IMG/VR virus record: IMGVR_UViG_3300028888_000055
Length of the DNA: 64,000 nt
Direction: 5' to 3' (one strand)
Source of the DNA: a virus
Lineage: Duplodnaviria; Caudoviricetes
Shown here: positions 60,358 to 64,000 of the stretch, piece after piece
How positions within the stretch are numbered: the stretch's first letter is position 1
How the letters are laid out: the number at the start of each line of letters is the position of its first letter
Notes under the pieces: generated by a model
Told to the model about the DNA's origin: nothing
The model's database searches: none
The model's input: only the letters and a program-made list of their open reading frames with translations
Position numbers and translations under genes: made by a program

Positions 60358-60581
60358 TCAAATTCATCTAAACTATATATATCCCCAATTACTACATTTG
60401 CTGTGTCTAATAATATACCTCTAAATTCAGAAAAAGTATCTGGATCAATATCTTCATCATCTATATATTTATCCATTAAAATTTTCATATACTTATCTTC
60501 AGCAGCCCTAAGATCTTTAGCTACTACTTTGTATATAATATTATCTACATCAGAGCATATTGGTAATAGATATGTATTCAT
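60354..60581 (-). CDS. Hypothetical protein
   Basis: 75-aa ORF, ATGA-coupled. Confidence 0.7.
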   Translation of the reverse strand: MNTYLLPICSDVDNIIYKVVAKDLRAAEDKYMKILMDKYIDDEDIDPDTFSEFRGILLDTANVVIGDIYSLDEFE

Positions 60582-60586
60582 ATTAT

Positions 60587-61000
60587 TTATTTTTTACTAA
60601 TCAATTCTAGGAAATAATCCAGAGGAATCATAGCAATAGTTCCTTCACTATTATGTCCAGATGTCCCTGTCTTTTTCCAAATAACACAAAACGGTTTGTC
60701 TTTATCTGTACAAGCATCTCGTATTGCAAAATATCTAGGCGTAGAAATAGTATTTTTTGTTTGTATATTACAGGGCAGTTCACCATTTAAATCCACGACA
60801 TCAATCTTATTAGCGTCAGCCATTTTATTTACGGCACGACTAGATTTGCATCCTGAATACCCTATTTGTTTTAATTTATTTACTATTTCAAGTTCAAATT
60901 TATTTCCTTTACGCCTATTGCGTTTACCTATACTTGATTTCTTGATCTTTTCATCAGATAGCTAATCTTTGTTTTGTGCTTTACAGTTTTTCTTTTGCAT
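60587..61000 (-). CDS. Hjc-like Holliday junction resolvase (137 aa) with one in-frame TAG at codon 13
   Basis: The ORF track gives only 60587-60823. The frame extends upstream through KGNKFELEIVNKLKQIGY...SSR to a TAG (60964-60962) and then to ATG at 61000, overlapping the primase end. Motifs G..FE, D, IQTK and IP..YF. Confidence 0.8.
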
Positions 61001-61979
61001 ACTCAATTAATTCAAGAGTCTTTTCTCTACCAAATTTATTATAATAATCCGAAATATCTTTTGCGCCATATTTTCTAGGAATCCAGAAACATTTCACTCC
61101 AAATTTCTTCCTAAATTTATTCATATTCTGGATACCAGCTAAATCATTATCATAAAATATAACGATGTTCTTAAACCTTTTATGCAAGGCTTCAAACTGT
61201 TTTTCAGTTAGAAATAAATTCTCAGAATTAGGTGCTATTGCAGTAATTCCTAAAGAATATAAACAAGCCACATCTTTTAAGGCTTTGGTTACTACTAAAG
61301 TATCTCCGCTAGAAGGTAACTGCTTTGCTCCTTGGAGCATAGTAGCTCGCCAATTAGATAGGAACTTTGGTTCTTTCTTTCTGTGTTTAGGAAGATATAT
61401 TCTCCATAATTCCATTCCTTTGGAATTCTTTCCTCTATAATAACCATATATAGGATGTGATTTGCTAGAAGTGGTAAAGATATTCCCATTTAAAAATACA
61501 GTATTACAGGAGAATATCCTAAATTTCTTTAGGATATCCTCAGTAACACCGAATTGGTTCCACCATTTGAGTTCTTCTGTAGAAAAGTCTTTTATTTCAA
61601 CTTGTATAACAGCTTCTTGAGTTTCCTCAAATCTGTCTTCGCTTACTTTTATGACTTTTCTTGTTCTAGGCCTATCAGTATGTATGAATCCAAAATCATT
61701 TCCTATGATTTTAAGAGCTTCATGATACGAGCAATTGTATTTAAACATCACAACATTTATAAAATTGCCTCGCATATCCGAGCCAAAATCCTTAAATATG
61801 ATATCGCCTTTTTTATTTTTATAAAAAGAACACGTCGGATTTTTGTCATCCCTTAAAGGAGAAACAAATAATCCTTTCCGTACAGGGACTCCCAGGTAGT
61901 AATTAAGATAAGTCTCTTGAGAATACTTACTTAACAAATATTCTTTAGTAATTGTAGGTTCTAATCTAAATATTGCCAT
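60981..61979 (-). CDS. dnaG: DNA primase (TOPRIM), crAss-like
   Basis: N-terminal SPLR.DKNPT...FKDFG zinc-finger-derived domain; TOPRIM region VVTKALKD...APNSE...FYDND.AG...KDISD. Confidence 0.85.
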   Translation of the reverse strand: MAIFRLEPTITKEYLLSKYSQETYLNYYLGVPVRKGLFVSPLRDDKNPTCSFYKNKKGDIIFKDFGSDMRGNFINVVMFKYNCSYHEALKIIGNDFGFIHTDRPRTRKVIKVSEDRFEETQEAVIQVEIKDFSTEELKWWNQFGVTEDILKKFRIFSCNTVFLNGNIFTTSSKSHPIYGYYRGKNSKGMELWRIYLPKHRKKEPKFLSNWRATMLQGAKQLPSSGDTLVVTKALKDVACLYSLGITAIAPNSENLFLTEKQFEALHKRFKNIVIFYDNDLAGIQNMNKFRKKFGVKCFWIPRKYGAKDISDYYNKFGREKTLELIEYAKEKL

Positions 61980-62000
61980 AACTATTATTTCCTATTAGAA

Positions 62001-62011
62001 CTACAAATTTA
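62001..62011 (-). promoter_or_regulatory. Bacteroidota sigma70-type -7 promoter element upstream of primase
   Basis: The reverse complement reads TAAATTTGTAG (TAnnTTTG), ~22 nt upstream of the primase ATG. Confidence 0.55.
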
Positions 62012-62019
62012 CTAAATTA

Positions 62020-62688
62020 TTAAAGATCGTCCAACTCTAAATCATCTGTATCATCAGCCTTAGAATCGTCTTCTAAGTCGTCAGGCATAACAGTTGGTCT
62101 AGTGTTAGCGAGAGCATCTTTTGCTTTAAGTTCGCGAGCTGTAAACTTAAGTTCAGACTCATTTGCACTAATCCAGTTATTGCTAAAGAAAGCTTCGTCT
62201 GTCTTAGTATTAATTTGAACAGAATTTGGTAGAGAAGCATAGCCCTTATTATTGGCAACTACCTTGATATAGAATTCCTTATCGATACTAGAATTAGTAG
62301 CCTTAACAAGAACCTCGACAAGCTTATCAAATTCGGCTGGCAATTCCAAATTTAATTTGCCCTTAATCTTCTCATAGTTTTCTGGTGCCACTACAGATAA
62401 GAAATGGGCTACATTAAAGATAAGTTGCTCCATAGCAGAAGGCATAACCCACTTATAAGTTCCAGTGTCGCCAGACATTCTTTCTTCGCCCTTGGCATCA
62501 GGACAGAAGAACATAGTGTCAAATACTCCAGACTCTCCGTCAAATTTTATCTGAAAAGCTTTCCACTCGCGGCCTTCCTTAGACTTTCCTTCTTTGGCTT
62601 CAATACCTTTGAAGGCAACTTTAGAGATTGTAAAAGGAGCGATTCTTTGGACCGCTGTAGTGTTTGCATTTGAAATATTAAACTTCAT
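62020..62688 (-). CDS. Probable single-stranded DNA-binding protein
   Basis: Beta-rich N-terminus, strongly acidic C-tail (DDLEDDSKADDTDDLELDDL), and position between the ATPase and primase genes. Confidence 0.6.
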   Translation of the reverse strand: MKFNISNANTTAVQRIAPFTISKVAFKGIEAKEGKSKEGREWKAFQIKFDGESGVFDTMFFCPDAKGEERMSGDTGTYKWVMPSAMEQLIFNVAHFLSVVAPENYEKIKGKLNLELPAEFDKLVEVLVKATNSSIDKEFYIKVVANNKGYASLPNSVQINTKTDEAFFSNNWISANESELKFTARELKAKDALANTRPTVMPDDLEDDSKADDTDDLELDDL

Positions 62689-62690
62689 AC

Positions 62691-63236
62691 TTAATTAATT
62701 AATGATTCAAAATTTATATCCTTCAGTTCTGTACTCTTATCAAACTCTGCTAACCAGTCGTCTAATTCGTCAGAACTTTCTTTTTCATCTATATCTATTT
62801 CTTCGTCAGCACTTGGAAGTTCTATATGTTCGTCTTCCGCTACTATAGGTTCAGCATCTTTACTGACTAACTTAAAGAAAGTACCATCATAATATTCAAT
62901 AGTAAATTCAGTACCATATTTAGACAATACTTCATTTGCTGTACCTCTATAACTTACTGTTTTACTTTTAGTAAGCTTATTACCAGCATCTTCTGACCTA
63001 CATATTACAGGATACATAAAGCCATCTATTTGAGAATATTCGATATTTAATCTATCTCCATAGGTAGCATTTAATAATTCCATAGCTGCACTATTTAACT
63101 CATATTTGTTATCTCGTAATATTAATAAAGGTTTAGTGCTAGTTTCTATTTCTTCTAATATTTCAGAAGTAGTAGATAATACTTTAAAAGTATTATCCTT
63201 TCCTACTTCTGCAAGAGTTGTTATTTTAATTTTCAT
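62691..63236 (-). CDS. Hypothetical protein with acidic tail
   Basis: Likely start MKIKITT at 63236 (ATGA overlap with the upstream ATPase). Confidence 0.7.
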   Translation of the reverse strand: MKIKITTLAEVGKDNTFKVLSTTSEILEEIETSTKPLLILRDNKYELNSAAMELLNATYGDRLNIEYSQIDGFMYPVICRSEDAGNKLTKSKTVSYRGTANEVLSKYGTEFTIEYYDGTFFKLVSKDAEPIVAEDEHIELPSADEEIDIDEKESSDELDDWLAEFDKSTELKDINFESLIN

Positions 63237-63970
63237 TTCTTCAATGATGGATAAATTCTTTCCCAATGTGAAACAAACGATCCGTCTGGCTGCAACTCAG
63301 CCACTATAATTTTCTTATTAGCTAAATGCTCGGGTCTGGCTCCTGCCGTAGCGTCACCATTTGTTTCAAAATTTATACATAAATTACTGTTTTCGTCTCT
63401 AAATACGAATCCAATTGCATCACTTTTAGCTGCTAATATCCTGCCAGTTTTACCTGTTAAATCCAACTCTTTAATATTACTGTCCTGGGTTTCTCCCATA
63501 GTAACAATAGCCTTGTCTTTAACATGCCCTACCAATATAATATTAGGTGCACACATAGCAAGTTTTTCAATAATTTTCTGCATAGCTTCTCTGAGGAAAC
63601 CATAGCCTGCTCCATGAGGAGCATGAAGGACATCATTATCATTAAAATTCGAACCAAGAGGAGACTCTTTATACATTTTAAGGGCAAGAGGTTTGGCAAA
63701 TTCCTCTAATGCAGTAACTGTATCAATTGTTATAAACTTATAAGGATATGATGCTTCCTTAATAGCCTTACACAACTCATTAAGCTCCTTAATGGTAGTA
63801 ATTTTTACTTTCATAGCTTCCACATAATCAGAACCTTCTTCTAAATCTATAATAAGATTATCTTCCAAAGTAGCTAACAAAGAAGTCTTTCCAATTTTAG
63901 GAACGCCATATAATATTAAATTTTTAGGATCTTGAGTTACTTTAGGCAATTTCTTTAAAGGTAAATCCAT
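63233..63970 (-). CDS. AAA_24/Sak4-like P-loop ATPase
   Basis: YGVPKIGKTS, IIDLEEG, ITIDT, GAGY, LVGH and SDAIG. Confidence 0.85.
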   Translation of the reverse strand: MDLPLKKLPKVTQDPKNLILYGVPKIGKTSLLATLEDNLIIDLEEGSDYVEAMKVKITTIKELNELCKAIKEASYPYKFITIDTVTALEEFAKPLALKMYKESPLGSNFNDNDVLHAPHGAGYGFLREAMQKIIEKLAMCAPNIILVGHVKDKAIVTMGETQDSNIKELDLTGKTGRILAAKSDAIGFVFRDENSNLCINFETNGDATAGARPEHLANKKIIVAELQPDGSFVSHWERIYPSLKK

Positions 63971-64000
63971 TAATTTATAATTTAAAAGTTGCTTTAGGAG

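Noticed and set aside
60587-60823. Calling the resolvase as a 78-aa protein starting at MADANK
   Set aside because: This start omits the conserved N-terminal KG..FE helix that is present in frame upstream.
43489-63709. Short + strand ORFs opposite the replication genes (e.g. 48406, 49413, 55207, 60696, 61554)
   Set aside because: They are antisense to well-supported - strand genes.
1-64000. Suppressor tRNA-CUA, other tRNAs, CRISPR arrays, introns or inteins
   Set aside because: Intergenic gaps are short and none shows a cloverleaf or repeat-spacer pattern. polA, nrdJ and RNAP are uninterrupted with no evident intein motifs. The recoding machinery, if phage-encoded, must lie outside this window; tRNAscan-SE/ARAGORN would be decisive.

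Overview
This window is an AT-rich fragment of a crAss-like (Crassvirales) Bacteroidota phage genome with two convergent arms that meet at a bidirectional terminator (~42.95 kb). The + strand arm (1-42916) looks shattered in the standard code but resolves into 12 long, tightly packed genes when TAG is read as Gln (table 15-type recoding). These are a partial tail stabilization protein, several cargo/ejection proteins, a 3323-aa protein with an SF1 helicase domain, the 3312-aa virion RNA polymerase (DYDID motif), a polyvalent ART + SLOG + ASCH protein, a zincin protease and a PD-(D/E)XK nuclease giant protein. The - strand arm (42980-63970) reads in the standard code and holds replication and nucleotide-metabolism genes (PolA, primase, SSB, AAA ATPase, exonuclease, NrdJ, ThyX, dUTPase, thioredoxin, HSP20). 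It also carries a host-like envelope pair (OmpA and a secreted protein with a T9SS-type C-terminal sorting domain). The most notable observations are: (i) one gene in the standard-code arm, the Holliday junction resolvase, carries a single N-terminal amber codon, a possible recoding-gated timer; (ii) one TAG-free small gene with its own host-type promoter and terminator sits inside the recoded arm; (iii) consecutive giant ejection proteins carry matching C- and N-terminal cysteines; (iv) a recurrent K/F-x-x-GG motif marks the cargo proteins. All family assignments come from motif recognition by eye; no database searches were run.
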